From: Oscillospiraceae bacterium
GTDB lineage: Bacteria; Bacillota; Clostridia; Oscillospirales; Oscillospiraceae
Reading direction: 5' to 3'
Length of the DNA stretch: 64,000 bases
NCBI GenBank assembly: GCA_015067975.1
Contig: SVLK01000001.1
Location: 21,513 to 85,512, forward strand
A model generated the notes under the pieces. That model saw only the letters and a program-made list of their open reading frames with translations. It did not search any database and was not told the origin of the DNA. Positions 30,977 through 40,181 of this stretch are shown here, piece after piece; within the stretch, counting starts at the first letter, position 1; each line of letters begins with the position of its first letter. The position numbers and the translations under genes were made by a program.

Positions 30977-31102
30977 ATGGGAAATGCTCTCGTTATTGCA
31001 GTATTGGCAGCGGTTGTGGTTCTGATCAGCCGCTCTTTGTGGAAGAATCGTAACAAAGGTGGCTGTAGCGGCAATTGCTCCGCTTGCAAGGGCTGTCGGT
31101 AA
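30977..31102 (+). CDS. FeoB-associated Cys-rich small membrane protein (41 aa; not in ORF track)
   Basis: AAAGGAGG RBS; MGNALVIAVLAAVVVLISRSLWKNRNKGGCSGNCSACKGCR*: one TM plus CxxxCxxCxxC. Confidence 0.88.
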   Translation: MGNALVIAVLAAVVVLISRSLWKNRNKGGCSGNCSACKGCR

Positions 31103-31108
31103 ATACAT

Positions 31109-31146
31109 AAAAAATATCCCGAACCTGTGGGTTCGGGATATTTTTT
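31109..31146. terminator. Bidirectional terminator
   Basis: AAAAAATATCCCGAACC-TGTG-GGTTCGGGATATTTTTT. Confidence 0.85.
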
Positions 31147-32548
31147 ACTTCTCAGGGCAAAAACGGAGAATACTCAAAGCCAGCAGCTCCACCAAACGTT
31201 CCAGATCCTTGAGCGGCAGACATTCGTTGGCCTTGTGGATATTGGTCTCCACACCCGGCGTGGCACGGCCGATGGCGATAGCGCCATCCACAAAGTGGGC
31301 ATAGCTGCCGGCGAAATTGAAGGTGCAGGTGGCGGGTGTCCCGTGGACAAGCTGCCAGATCTCCTTCATGGCCATGACGACATCTGTATCGGGGGATACA
31401 TAGTGCGCATTGTCCATTTGGCTTTTTTCCACCGTGAAGCCTGCGCCGCGCAGCGCGGCATCGATGACGCGGGGATAGTTATCTTCCGTCGCATTGGTAG
31501 GACCGCGGGAGTCAAACTGGCAGACCACACCATCCTCGGTGAGCGTACAGGTGGTGCAATTGACACTGCACGGCCCCATGATTTCATCGCGGACCGTCAG
31601 TCCTAGCGCTGTGCCGTGGCTGTCACCGTAGGGGAACAGTTGCGCTAAAGAGCGGATGGCGCGGGTAGAACCGCAATCCGCCAAGGGCAGCTGTGCCAAC
31701 AGTTCCACCAGAGCCGTTTGACCGTTGCGGCCCAAGTGAGGTTTTCCGATGTGAGCACCTTTTCCGTGGGCGCAGATCTGCAATCCGTTGTCAGTGTCCG
31801 TCAGTGTGAATTGAACGCCGGTTTGCTGCGCCCAGGCATCGGCAAGGGCTTGTACCTCACATGCGTGCAAGCCGGCCACCAGTGCTTCTGCGGTAGGGGG
31901 GATGGCATTTCGTACCCGACCGCCCTGCAGATAGGTGACGCGGGGCAGCACGTCGGAAGCTTCCCATGTGGCAGAGATGGCGGGGCGGTATTTGGCGCTC
32001 TCGCCGTTCATGATGGGATCTACGGTGTCGGGTGTAATGACAAAGTGGGGCATGGTGTGATTTTTCAGCCAATGCTTCAAATCAGCGCTGCCGGTTTCCT
32101 CGGCGGTGCCCAGCCACAAACGGCAGGCGGCTGCGCGCTGCGGGAACAGCTCCCGTACTGCCGCCATGGCATACAGCGAAGCGATGGCAGGCCCTTTATC
32201 ATCGGTGACGCCGCGACCATAGAGGTAACCGTCCTTTTCAGTCAGCACATAAGGATCGGTGTCCCATCCCTCGCCGACGGGGACCACATCCAGATGGGCA
32301 AGGATGGCCAGCGACAGCGGCTCGCTGCCGTTGTCCACAGACAATACGGCGTCTTCGTAGACGGTGGTGGTGAACCCCATGCGCTGCGCCAAAGACTGGG
32401 CATAGCCCAGCGCGTGGCGGCAATCTTTGCCGTATGGCAAACTGTCCGCGCCGGCACGGGACACACTGGGAATAGCAATCAGACCTGCCAGATCCTCCAG
32501 CAGCTCCTGACGGTGCGCGGCGATCCACTGCTGCAGCTGCGCTCTCAT
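31145..32548 (-). CDS. M20-family metallopeptidase (PepV/Sapep dipeptidase-like)
   Basis: LAHLDVVP, LYGRGVTDDKGP, GTAEETG, TPD, NIHKANE; true start ATG 32548. Confidence 0.88.
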   Translation of the reverse strand: MRAQLQQWIAAHRQELLEDLAGLIAIPSVSRAGADSLPYGKDCRHALGYAQSLAQRMGFTTTVYEDAVLSVDNGSEPLSLAILAHLDVVPVGEGWDTDPYVLTEKDGYLYGRGVTDDKGPAIASLYAMAAVRELFPQRAAACRLWLGTAEETGSADLKHWLKNHTMPHFVITPDTVDPIMNGESAKYRPAISATWEASDVLPRVTYLQGGRVRNAIPPTAEALVAGLHACEVQALADAWAQQTGVQFTLTDTDNGLQICAHGKGAHIGKPHLGRNGQTALVELLAQLPLADCGSTRAIRSLAQLFPYGDSHGTALGLTVRDEIMGPCSVNCTTCTLTEDGVVCQFDSRGPTNATEDNYPRVIDAALRGAGFTVEKSQMDNAHYVSPDTDVVMAMKEIWQLVHGTPATCTFNFAGSYAHFVDGAIAIGRATPGVETNIHKANECLPLKDLERLVELLALSILRFCPEK

Positions 32549-32853
32549 TTCGCTGCCTCCTTCTCTGCCAGACGGTCCAGCTTGCGATTGCGGAAATACA
32601 GGCAGAAGTCTGCGCCGACCATGCAGAAGTTGAGGAAATAGAAGAACAGCACATACCACTTTTGCGAGAAAGAGGCCATGTAGGCGGGATTGAGGAACTT
32701 GGAGGCGATACCTGCCACATAACCTAACAAAATCAGACACAAAAAGGCCAGACTTTTACCCTTGGTAGTACGGACTTTCCAGGACTTGATCACGTTCATG
32801 GGCCAGGAGGCACCGAAGCACAGCAGCATCGTGATTTCCAGAATTTCAGACAT
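32545..32853 (-). CDS. Small 3-TM PQ-loop/SemiSWEET-like membrane protein
   Basis: FGASWP...KSWKVRTTKGKS; three hydrophobic helices; stop overlaps the M20 gene start. Confidence 0.65.
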   Translation of the reverse strand: MSEILEITMLLCFGASWPMNVIKSWKVRTTKGKSLAFLCLILLGYVAGIASKFLNPAYMASFSQKWYVLFFYFLNFCMVGADFCLYFRNRKLDRLAEKEAAK

Positions 32854-33001
32854 AAAAATACGCTCCTTTGATAATTTGTTCCATCATATACCGCGAAACC
32901 TGTCATTGTAAAGCATGAATCATAGACATCAACGATCACTTGTAAGTGATGCTATCTTGCATTATAATCATATATAACTGATACTGCGAGGGGGATTTAT
33001 C

Positions 33002-33859
33002 ATGGAATTACTGCAGCTTCGTAAATTTTGTCATGCTGCCCGCAGCGGCAGCTTTGCCAGAACGGCGGAGTATTTCGGTGTTCCCCCCTCAGATATCTCC
33101 CAGACGGTGCGGCGCTTGGAGGAGGAACTGGGCGTACAGCTGTTTGACCGACATCCCAATGCAGTAACGCTCAACGGTCGGGGAGCGATTTTTGCTCAAC
33201 GGGTACAGCAATCACTGCTGACGCTGGAGGGCGCTGTGACATCTGTAACAGATGATGGGGAAAGCGGAGAAGTCCATCTGTGTGTCAACTGTAACCGCCG
33301 GGTGGTTATGACGGCGGTGGAACAATTCCATCGCCGCTGGCCAAATGTTAATCTGCGAACCCGTACTCTCTGCGATCCCACGGAAGAGGGCTTTGATCTG
33401 ATCATTTCTGCAGAGGATGCATCGCTGGAACACTATCACCGACAAAAATTGCTTTCCGAGCAGTTGGCCATTGCTATCAGCGCAGAAGGCCCCCATGCCG
33501 GGTGGAACGGCGACTTACGTCAGCTGGAGACTGCCCCTTTTGTTACGATAGGGGAGAAAAGCAGTATGTACCGTTTGACGCATCAACTATGTGGCGAGGC
33601 GGGATTTATCCCCCGAGTCGCTATCCAGAGCGATGATCCATACTATGTTCGCAAATGTGTGGAACTGGGATTAGGGGTGGCTTTGGTACCACTTTTTTCC
33701 TGGCAAGGACAGTTTGGCTCGGAAGTGATATTGCACCCTCTGCCGGGACAGCTGCGCGATACATGGATTTACATGGCTCCGGGGCGTTACCTGCCTTTAT
33801 GTGCCCGGCGATTCCGTGACTTGCTGATGGAACACTGTGCTACGGCACGGAAAGAATAA
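33002..33859 (+). CDS. LysR-family transcriptional regulator
   Basis: MELLQLRKF...SFARTAE...ISQTVRRLEEELGVQLFDR, VELGLGVAL; divergent from the PQ-loop/M20 pair. Confidence 0.93.
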   Translation: MELLQLRKFCHAARSGSFARTAEYFGVPPSDISQTVRRLEEELGVQLFDRHPNAVTLNGRGAIFAQRVQQSLLTLEGAVTSVTDDGESGEVHLCVNCNRRVVMTAVEQFHRRWPNVNLRTRTLCDPTEEGFDLIISAEDASLEHYHRQKLLSEQLAIAISAEGPHAGWNGDLRQLETAPFVTIGEKSSMYRLTHQLCGEAGFIPRVAIQSDDPYYVRKCVELGLGVALVPLFSWQGQFGSEVILHPLPGQLRDTWIYMAPGRYLPLCARRFRDLLMEHCATARKE

Positions 33860-33883
33860 AAAGAAAGAATTTTGTTCCGCCTA

Positions 33884-33923
33884 TTGACAAATGGAAATCT
33901 AAGTGATATCTTTTTGATATCAC
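33884..33923 (+). promoter_or_regulatory. SPFH-operon promoter with palindromic operator
   Basis: TTGACA 33884-33889, 17 bp, TG-n-TATCTT 33907-33912; perfect inverted repeat GTGATATC-TTTTT-GATATCAC 33903-33923. Confidence 0.7.
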
Positions 33924-33955
33924 AAAGCTACTGGTTAGAAAAAAGGAGGAAAATC

Positions 33956-34963
33956 ATGGAAGAGAAAGTATTACAGCATCGGAAAAACGGTATGCTGGTG
34001 CTGCTGCTGGTGCTGGCAGCTTATATTGTGGCGGTCGCCGGCTTGGCGCTGGGTATCATGGCCAATAGCCTTCTGCTGATGATCGTGTGCATTGTGTGGC
34101 TGGCTTTGGGCTGGATCTTGCTGCCGGGCCTGAAGGTGCTCAAACCGCAGGAAGCGTTGGTGCTGACGCTGTTCGGTAAATATATTGGCACGCTGAAGGG
34201 TGCAGGCTTTTACTGGGTCAACCCCTTTTGTACGGCGGTGAACCCTGCTGCTGCCACCAAGCTCAATCAGAGCGGCGATGTGGATTCCCACGGTAAGGGC
34301 GAGGGCATGACGCTGAATCTCAACGGCCAGGTGACTACTACCATGCCCAACAAGAAGGTCTCCCTGAAGCTGATGACGCTCAATAATGCTCGCCAGAAGA
34401 TCAACGACTGTCTGGGCAACCCTGTAGAGATCGGCATTGCGGTGACATGGCGCGTGGTGGATACGGCCGCTGCCGTGTTCAACGTGGATAACTATAAGGA
34501 ATATCTGTCGCTGCAGTGCGACGCCGCGCTGCGCAACATCGTACGCATCTATCCTTACGATGTAGCACCCAACGTGGATACCACCGGCGACGGCCATGCC
34601 GATGAGGGCAGCCTGCGCGGTTCCAGTGAAGTGGTAGCCGAGCGCATCCGCGCCGAGATCCAGAGCAAGGTGCAGCAGGCCGGTCTGGAGATCGTGGAGG
34701 CCCGTATTACTTATTTGGCTTACGCTCCGGAGATCGCTGCTGTCATGCTGCAGCGTCAGCAGGCTTCCGCCATCATTGACGCCCGCAAGATGATCGTGGA
34801 CGGCGCTGTGGGCATGGTGGAGCTGGCACTGGAGCGCTTGAAGGACGGCGGCATGGTGGAGCTGGACGAAGAGCGCAAGGCCGCCATGGTGTCCAACCTG
34901 CTGGTGGTGCTGTGCGGCAACCACGATGCCCAGCCTGTGGTCAATTCCGGCAGCTTGTATTAA
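33956..34963 (+). CDS. SPFH/band-7 domain membrane protein
   Basis: Two N-terminal TMs, LFGKYIGT, KINDCLGNPVEIG, LAYAPEIAAVMLQRQQA, ERKAAMVSNLLVVLC; ATG 33956. Confidence 0.92.
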   Translation: MEEKVLQHRKNGMLVLLLVLAAYIVAVAGLALGIMANSLLLMIVCIVWLALGWILLPGLKVLKPQEALVLTLFGKYIGTLKGAGFYWVNPFCTAVNPAAATKLNQSGDVDSHGKGEGMTLNLNGQVTTTMPNKKVSLKLMTLNNARQKINDCLGNPVEIGIAVTWRVVDTAAAVFNVDNYKEYLSLQCDAALRNIVRIYPYDVAPNVDTTGDGHADEGSLRGSSEVVAERIRAEIQSKVQQAGLEIVEARITYLAYAPEIAAVMLQRQQASAIIDARKMIVDGAVGMVELALERLKDGGMVELDEERKAAMVSNLLVVLCGNHDAQPVVNSGSLY

Positions 34964-34967
34964 GAAG

Positions 34968-35195
34968 ATGAAGAAAAAGAAAGGTTATCTGGCACCTGTT
35001 CTTGTGGTGGCCTTTATTGTGTTGTACTATATTGGTATAGCGGTGGTGTTCCTTTTGGTCCCCGGTATCCCGGGGTGGGCGAAGGTCCTCTTGTGTCTGA
35101 TCCCTCTGGCGGTGTGCGCGCTGGCGATTCATGTACTGGTGCAGCGCATTCGGGAGATCAAAAATGGAGAAGAAGACGATCTGGAACAGTATTAA
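34968..35195 (+). CDS. Small 2-TM hypothetical protein
   Basis: Two hydrophobic helices, QRIREIKNGEEDDL..Y C-terminus; tightly packed in the operon. Confidence 0.7.
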   Translation: MKKKKGYLAPVLVVAFIVLYYIGIAVVFLLVPGIPGWAKVLLCLIPLAVCALAIHVLVQRIREIKNGEEDDLEQY

Positions 35196-35208
35196 GGAGG
35201 AAACGAAT

Positions 35209-35520
35209 ATGTTGTTGGTAAATACGGATTATATTGCAGGAAAAGAGTTGGAAATGCTGGGGATGGTGAAAGGCAGCACCATCCAGAGCAAGCATCTGGG
35301 CAAGGATATTTCTCAAAGTTTCAAGACCTTGGTGGGTGGCGAGCTGAAGGCCTACAACGATATGATGAACGAGGCCCGCGCGCTGGCCACCAAGCGTATG
35401 TGCCAGGAGGCAGAGGCTATGGGTGCCGATGCTGTGGTGAATGTGCGTTATGCCAGCGCGGCTGTGATGCAGGGTGCTGCGGAAGTGATGGCATACGGTA
35501 CGGCGGTGAAATTCCGCTGA
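35209..35520 (+). CDS. YbjQ/UPF0145 family protein
   Basis: [40 protein letters not shown]. Confidence 0.92.
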   Translation: MLLVNTDYIAGKELEMLGMVKGSTIQSKHLGKDISQSFKTLVGGELKAYNDMMNEARALATKRMCQEAEAMGADAVVNVRYASAAVMQGAAEVMAYGTAVKFR

Positions 35521-35723
35521 TGGCAGATAACGGGAAAAAGCAGGTGCCGCTGCGCCTGTCGCCAAAACTGTATAATGCCATTGCTGCGTGGGCGGAGGAC
35601 GATTTCCGCTCGGTAAACGGGCAGATCGAGTATCTGCTGACCGAGTGCGTGCGCCAGCGCAAGAAGAACGGCAAATATGTATCCGACGAGTTGGATATAC
35701 CCATCGAACTGGATATCGAATAA
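35520..35723 (+). CDS. Arc-like ribbon-helix-helix DNA-binding protein
   Basis: [38 protein letters not shown] pattern; TGATG coupling to ybjQ. Confidence 0.82.
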   Translation: MADNGKKQVPLRLSPKLYNAIAAWAEDDFRSVNGQIEYLLTECVRQRKKNGKYVSDELDIPIELDIE

Positions 35724-35766
35724 ATGCAGACGGCGCAGATACACCGTATCTGCGCCGTTTTTGCAT
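35724..35766 (+). terminator. Terminator closing the SPFH operon
   Basis: ACGGCGCAGATAC-ACC-GTATCTGCGCCGT followed by T run. Confidence 0.75.
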
Positions 35767-35783
35767 CCTAAACAGGAGGAGAA

Positions 35784-36971
35784 ATGAGTAAAATCGTATT
35801 TTTCTGCATCCCTGCCCACGGACATACCAACCCCACGCTGGGCGTGGTACGGGAATTGGTGCGTCGCGGCCATCAGGTGTGGTATTATTCCTATGAACCG
35901 CTGCGCCGTAAGATTGAAAGTACAGGTGCAATCTTCATCCCCTGTGATGATTACGACGGGGAGCTGCACTTGAAACCGGAAGAAACTGCCCGGATCGGCA
36001 AAGATTTAACGCTGTCCACCCGTGTACTGGTAGATACCACGCTGGCGCTGGACGATGTTGTCTGTCGCGCCATGGAGCAGCTGCAGCCGGACTGCATCGT
36101 GGCCGATTCCATGGCAGTGTGGGGCAAGGCGGTAGCCATGAAGCTGGGGATACCTTTTGTTTCGTCCACCACAACCTTTGCCTTTAACGAGCACTCGGCA
36201 AGAGTGATGAAACGCTCGTTGGGAGAGGTGCTGGGCATGCTGTTTTCCATGCCAAAAGTGAACCGGCAGATCAAACGACTGCAGGAGAACGGCTATCCGG
36301 TGAAAAGTGTATTGGATATTCTGCAAAATGACGACCATACCCATACCATCGTCTACACCTCGCGGGAGTTCCAACCGTGTGCCGACACGTTTTCAGAGCA
36401 GTATTATGCCTTTGTCGGTCCTTCACTGCGGCCTGTACAGGAGGAAATCACGAAAACAAGGGAGAAGCTGATCTATATCTCCATGGGAACGGTGAACAAC
36501 GATATGCTGCCGTTTTACCGGGAATGCATTGCGGCGTTTGCGAAATCGACGTATCAGGTGATCCTGTCTACGGGGGATCGGATCACACCGAAAGATTTGG
36601 GACCGTTGCCGGAAAATATCATGGCAGTGCCTCAGGTGGATCAGATCGCCGTGCTGCAGAAGGCGGATGTTTTTGTATCCCATTGCGGCATGAACAGTGT
36701 CAATGAGAGTTTGTATTTTGGTGTTCCGTTGGTGATGCTGCCCCAGACACCGGAACAAAGCGGTGTGGCGGAACGAGTGCTGCAGCTGGGTGCAGGTGAG
36801 AAACTGCCGAAGAGGAGCGCAGCTGCCCTTGCTGCGGCGGTGGAGCAGGTGATACATGAGCCGCGTTACGCAGCAAATGCACAGGCCCTTGCCGGGGGAT
36901 TGCGGAATTGTCCCGGAGCCAAAGGCGCGGCAGATAAAATACTGCAGCTGTGTGGCGAAGAAAAAGAATAA
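35784..36971 (+). CDS. GT1 glycosyltransferase (MGT/YjiC-like)
   Basis: PAHGHTNPTL, IYISMGTV, VDQIAVLQKADVFVSHCGMNSVNESLYFGVP...EQ UDP-sugar motif. Confidence 0.92.
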   Translation: MSKIVFFCIPAHGHTNPTLGVVRELVRRGHQVWYYSYEPLRRKIESTGAIFIPCDDYDGELHLKPEETARIGKDLTLSTRVLVDTTLALDDVVCRAMEQLQPDCIVADSMAVWGKAVAMKLGIPFVSSTTTFAFNEHSARVMKRSLGEVLGMLFSMPKVNRQIKRLQENGYPVKSVLDILQNDDHTHTIVYTSREFQPCADTFSEQYYAFVGPSLRPVQEEITKTREKLIYISMGTVNNDMLPFYRECIAAFAKSTYQVILSTGDRITPKDLGPLPENIMAVPQVDQIAVLQKADVFVSHCGMNSVNESLYFGVPLVMLPQTPEQSGVAERVLQLGAGEKLPKRSAAALAAAVEQVIHEPRYAANAQALAGGLRNCPGAKGAADKILQLCGEEKE

Positions 36972-37004
36972 AAGTGTGGCAGTTGTAAGCAACTGCCACA
37001 CTTT
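36971..37004. terminator. Bidirectional terminator
   Basis: AAAGTGTGGCAGTTG-TAAG-CAACTGCCACACTTT. Confidence 0.75.
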
Positions 37005-37032
37005 GTGTGCATCAACGGCGCATTTTGTGCGC

Positions 37033-38697
37033 TTATTCGATGGAAATAATATAGTAGTACACGGGCTGACCGCCGGGCAGGGCACATACTTCTGCATTGG
37101 GGCAGCGCTGCATGATGATGTCTGCGGCGGCGTTGGCATCGTCTTCGCTGACACCCTCACCGTAGAAAGCGGTGACAAACTCGGCGTTCTGCTCAGCAGC
37201 CACTTCGGCCAGCTGGGAGAGCAGCACGTTGATGTCGCGGTCAGTGCCGAACAGCTTGCCGTTCAGCAGTGCCAGATAGTCGCCCTCATTGATCTCGAAG
37301 CCGTCGAAATCGGAGTTGCGGGCGGCATAGGTGATCTGGGCGGTGGTAACGGTGGCAGCAGCTTCGGCCATGGTCTGAGCGATCACCTGAGGATCAGCTT
37401 CCTCCAGATCCACATTCATCATGGCGGTAATGCCTTGAGGCACGGTGGCGGTGGGTACAACGATGACTTCCTTTTCCGTCAGACCGCGGCACTGCTCGGC
37501 AGCCATGATGATGTTTTTGTTGTTGGGCAGAACGAACACCACTTCGCTGGGGGTCAGATTGACTTCCTTCAAAATGGCCTCGGTGGAGGGGTTCATAGTC
37601 TGACCGCCGCTGACGATGCGATCCACACCCAGATCACGGAAGGCAGCTTCCAAACCGTCGCCGGCACAAACGGCCAGAAAACCGTAACGCTTCTCGGCTT
37701 CGGCGAAGGTGGGCTCTTCTACGGGCATTTCCACTTCGTTGTCCAGATCGTCGGCGCTGATGGTCTTCTTGCCGGCGGCCACATCGTCGGCCTGAATGCG
37801 CATGTTTTCAATCTTGCACACTTCCAGAATACCGTACTTCTGTGCCTCGTTGATGGCGTTGCCGGGAATGTCGGTGTGGACGTGCACCTTAAAGGCATCG
37901 TCGTCCTCGCCGATGACCAAACTGTCACCGATGCTGTTGAGATACTCACGCAGGGAGGTCAGATCCACATTTTCGCTGGCCTTGCGTACGATAAACACGG
38001 TATCGAAGGTAAAGGTGATTTCCTCTTCACTGATGGCGGCAAAGTCGGCCTTAGCACGGCTCTCTTCCACCTGAGGCATCTCCTCGCCGCGCATGGCGCG
38101 CAGCATGCCTTCCAAAATGACAAGGAAACCCTTGCCGCCGGCATCCACCACACCGGCCTTTTTCAGCACGGGATTCATCTCGGTGGTCTGTGCCAGCGTC
38201 TCGTAGCCGGCTTTAATGGTCTCGTCCAGCACGTACTCGGCGCTGTTACACTCGGCAGCGGCGTCGGCGGCACGGACGGCGGCCAGACGGGAAACAGTGA
38301 GTACGGTGCCTTCGGCAGGCTTCATCACGGCGCCGTAAGCTGTGGTGACACCTTCCTGCAGAGCGGCGGCCAACTGTACGCCGTCCATTTCATCCAGACC
38401 CTTGGAGGCCTTGGAAATGCCGCGGAACAACAGGGAGAGAATGACGCCGGAGTTGCCGCGTGCGCCGCGCAGCAGTGCGCTGGCGGTGATCTTGGTGGCC
38501 TCGCCTACCGTGGCAGGCTCGCTCTTGCGCAGCTCGGTGGCGGCGGTCTGAATGGTTAGGCTCATATTGGTGCCGGTATCGCCATCAGGCACCGGAAACA
38601 CGTTCAGGTCATTGATGGGCTGTTTCTGCGCGGTAATGCAGGCGGCACCAAAGAGCACCATCTGTTTAAATGCGCTGCCGCTGATTCTATCTGTCAT
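37033..38697 (-). CDS. fakA: DAK2-domain fatty acid kinase subunit A (YloV-like)
   Basis: INDLNVFPVPDGDTGTNM, GARGNSGVILS, KPAEGT, VDAGG, KVHVHT, GGQTMNPS, GGQPVYYY. Confidence 0.93.
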   Translation of the reverse strand: MTDRISGSAFKQMVLFGAACITAQKQPINDLNVFPVPDGDTGTNMSLTIQTAATELRKSEPATVGEATKITASALLRGARGNSGVILSLLFRGISKASKGLDEMDGVQLAAALQEGVTTAYGAVMKPAEGTVLTVSRLAAVRAADAAAECNSAEYVLDETIKAGYETLAQTTEMNPVLKKAGVVDAGGKGFLVILEGMLRAMRGEEMPQVEESRAKADFAAISEEEITFTFDTVFIVRKASENVDLTSLREYLNSIGDSLVIGEDDDAFKVHVHTDIPGNAINEAQKYGILEVCKIENMRIQADDVAAGKKTISADDLDNEVEMPVEEPTFAEAEKRYGFLAVCAGDGLEAAFRDLGVDRIVSGGQTMNPSTEAILKEVNLTPSEVVFVLPNNKNIIMAAEQCRGLTEKEVIVVPTATVPQGITAMMNVDLEEADPQVIAQTMAEAAATVTTAQITYAARNSDFDGFEINEGDYLALLNGKLFGTDRDINVLLSQLAEVAAEQNAEFVTAFYGEGVSEDDANAAADIIMQRCPNAEVCALPGGQPVYYYIISIE

Positions 38698-38721
38698 CTT
38701 TCTTTCTCCTTTGGCCGTAGG

Positions 38722-39072
38722 TTACACCGTGATGGAGTCCACGCAGACATTCACGTCGCGCACAACTACGCCGGTATTCTTGTTGACCACGTACTTGACC
38801 TCACTCATAATCGAGCGGCAGACGGTGGTGATGTTCACGCCGTTTTCAACCACGATGTGCAGCTGAATGGACACGGAATTATCGTCGTTATAGGTAACTT
38901 TGACACCTTTGCTCATGGACTCGCGGCGCAGCAAATGCACCAAACCATCGGTCATGCTGCGGTAGGCCATTCCCTTGACGCCGAAGCAGTTGGTGGCTGC
39001 GGCGCCGGTAATGGTGGTGAAAACAGCACTGCTGATGGTGATCTCGCCATGACCGGTTTGGACTTTAATCAT
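38722..39072 (-). CDS. Asp23/Gls24 family protein (YloU-like)
   Basis: GAAATNCFGVKGM, KGVKV, GVNI, VKY; usual yloU-yloV synteny. Confidence 0.92.
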   Translation of the reverse strand: MIKVQTGHGEITISSAVFTTITGAAATNCFGVKGMAYRSMTDGLVHLLRRESMSKGVKVTYNDDNSVSIQLHIVVENGVNITTVCRSIMSEVKYVVNKNTGVVVRDVNVCVDSITV

Positions 39073-39161
39073 ATCTTTTTTCCTTTCTGAAAGAGGATGG
39101 GTAGTTCATAAGATATCACCTTATTATATACGAAGTTCCGGATAATAACAAGTAGAAAATG

Positions 39162-39200
39162 AAAAAGGAGATGTTTTATGCGAAAAACATCTCCTTTTTT
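39162..39200 (-). terminator. Intrinsic terminator
   Basis: AAAAAGGAGATGTTTT...AAAACATCTCCTTTTT. Confidence 0.75.
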
Positions 39201-39215
39201 GCAGTTAAAAGCGAC

Positions 39216-40181
39216 TTAATAGCCTCGTTTGCGGTCCACCAGACGCAGCAGCGGCCGACCGGCGGCGTAATTTTCCAGATCTTCGCAGAACATATCCACG
39301 TCCTTGTCGCGGGTTAGAGGCAGTGACATGTTGCCGGAAATATGGGGCGTCAGCAGCAGATTTTTGGTTTCCCACAGCGGGTGATCGATCGGCAGCGGCT
39401 CGGGAACCATCACGTCCAGTGCAGCGCCGGCGATGCGCTCAGCATTCAGCGCCTCCATCAGCGCCTCCTGATCGATGGCGGTGCCGCGGCCCACATTGAC
39501 CACAATGGCTTCGGGAGGAAGCAGGGCGATCCGCTCACGGCTGAGGATGCCGATGGTGTCGGGGGTGGAGGGCAGAGCCATCACCAGTATTTCGGTCTTG
39601 GGCAGTACCTCATTCAGCTCGTCGTGGGTGTAGATGGCATCATAACAGGGATCGCCAGCCTTCTTGCTGCGGCGGACGCCGTAGATCTTGGCGGCACCCA
39701 TAGCCTTGGCGCGGCGGGCAAAGTTGGTGCCGATATCGCCGGTACCCAGTACGGTGATGGTGCTGCCTTGAATGGATCGCATGGGCAGCGACTGCACCCA
39801 GCGGCGCTCACGAACGATTTGCTGGAAATCGGGCATGCGGCGCAGCAGCATCAGCGTTACCATGATGATGTGCTCGGCAATAGTGGTGCCGTAAGCGCCG
39901 GCGGAGTTGGTCAGCAGTACATCGGGATTCGGGTAATACTTGTCGTCTACCACGCTGTCCACACCGGCGAAGCTGGCACAAAACCACTTCAAATTGGTCA
40001 TGGATTTCAGGCAGCGGCGCTTGGGCATACCGAAAATCACCTCATACTCGGCAGCTTTTTCTTCGGGCAGCATGTCGCCGTGGTAGAAATCCACTTCAAA
40101 ACCGCAGCGTGCGGCGGTTTCAGTGATTTTGGCGCGGTGGTTGTCATCCAGAAAAGCGGTGACAGCGGCAATTTTTCTCAT
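39216..40181 (-). CDS. D-isomer-specific 2-hydroxyacid dehydrogenase
   Basis: AGVD, LTNSAG, IAEH, VLGTGDIG, LPSTPDT, VNVGRG, ALDV..PEPLP, LLLTPHISG. Confidence 0.93.
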   Translation of the reverse strand: MRKIAAVTAFLDDNHRAKITETAARCGFEVDFYHGDMLPEEKAAEYEVIFGMPKRRCLKSMTNLKWFCASFAGVDSVVDDKYYPNPDVLLTNSAGAYGTTIAEHIIMVTLMLLRRMPDFQQIVRERRWVQSLPMRSIQGSTITVLGTGDIGTNFARRAKAMGAAKIYGVRRSKKAGDPCYDAIYTHDELNEVLPKTEILVMALPSTPDTIGILSRERIALLPPEAIVVNVGRGTAIDQEALMEALNAERIAGAALDVMVPEPLPIDHPLWETKNLLLTPHISGNMSLPLTRDKDVDMFCEDLENYAAGRPLLRLVDRKRGY

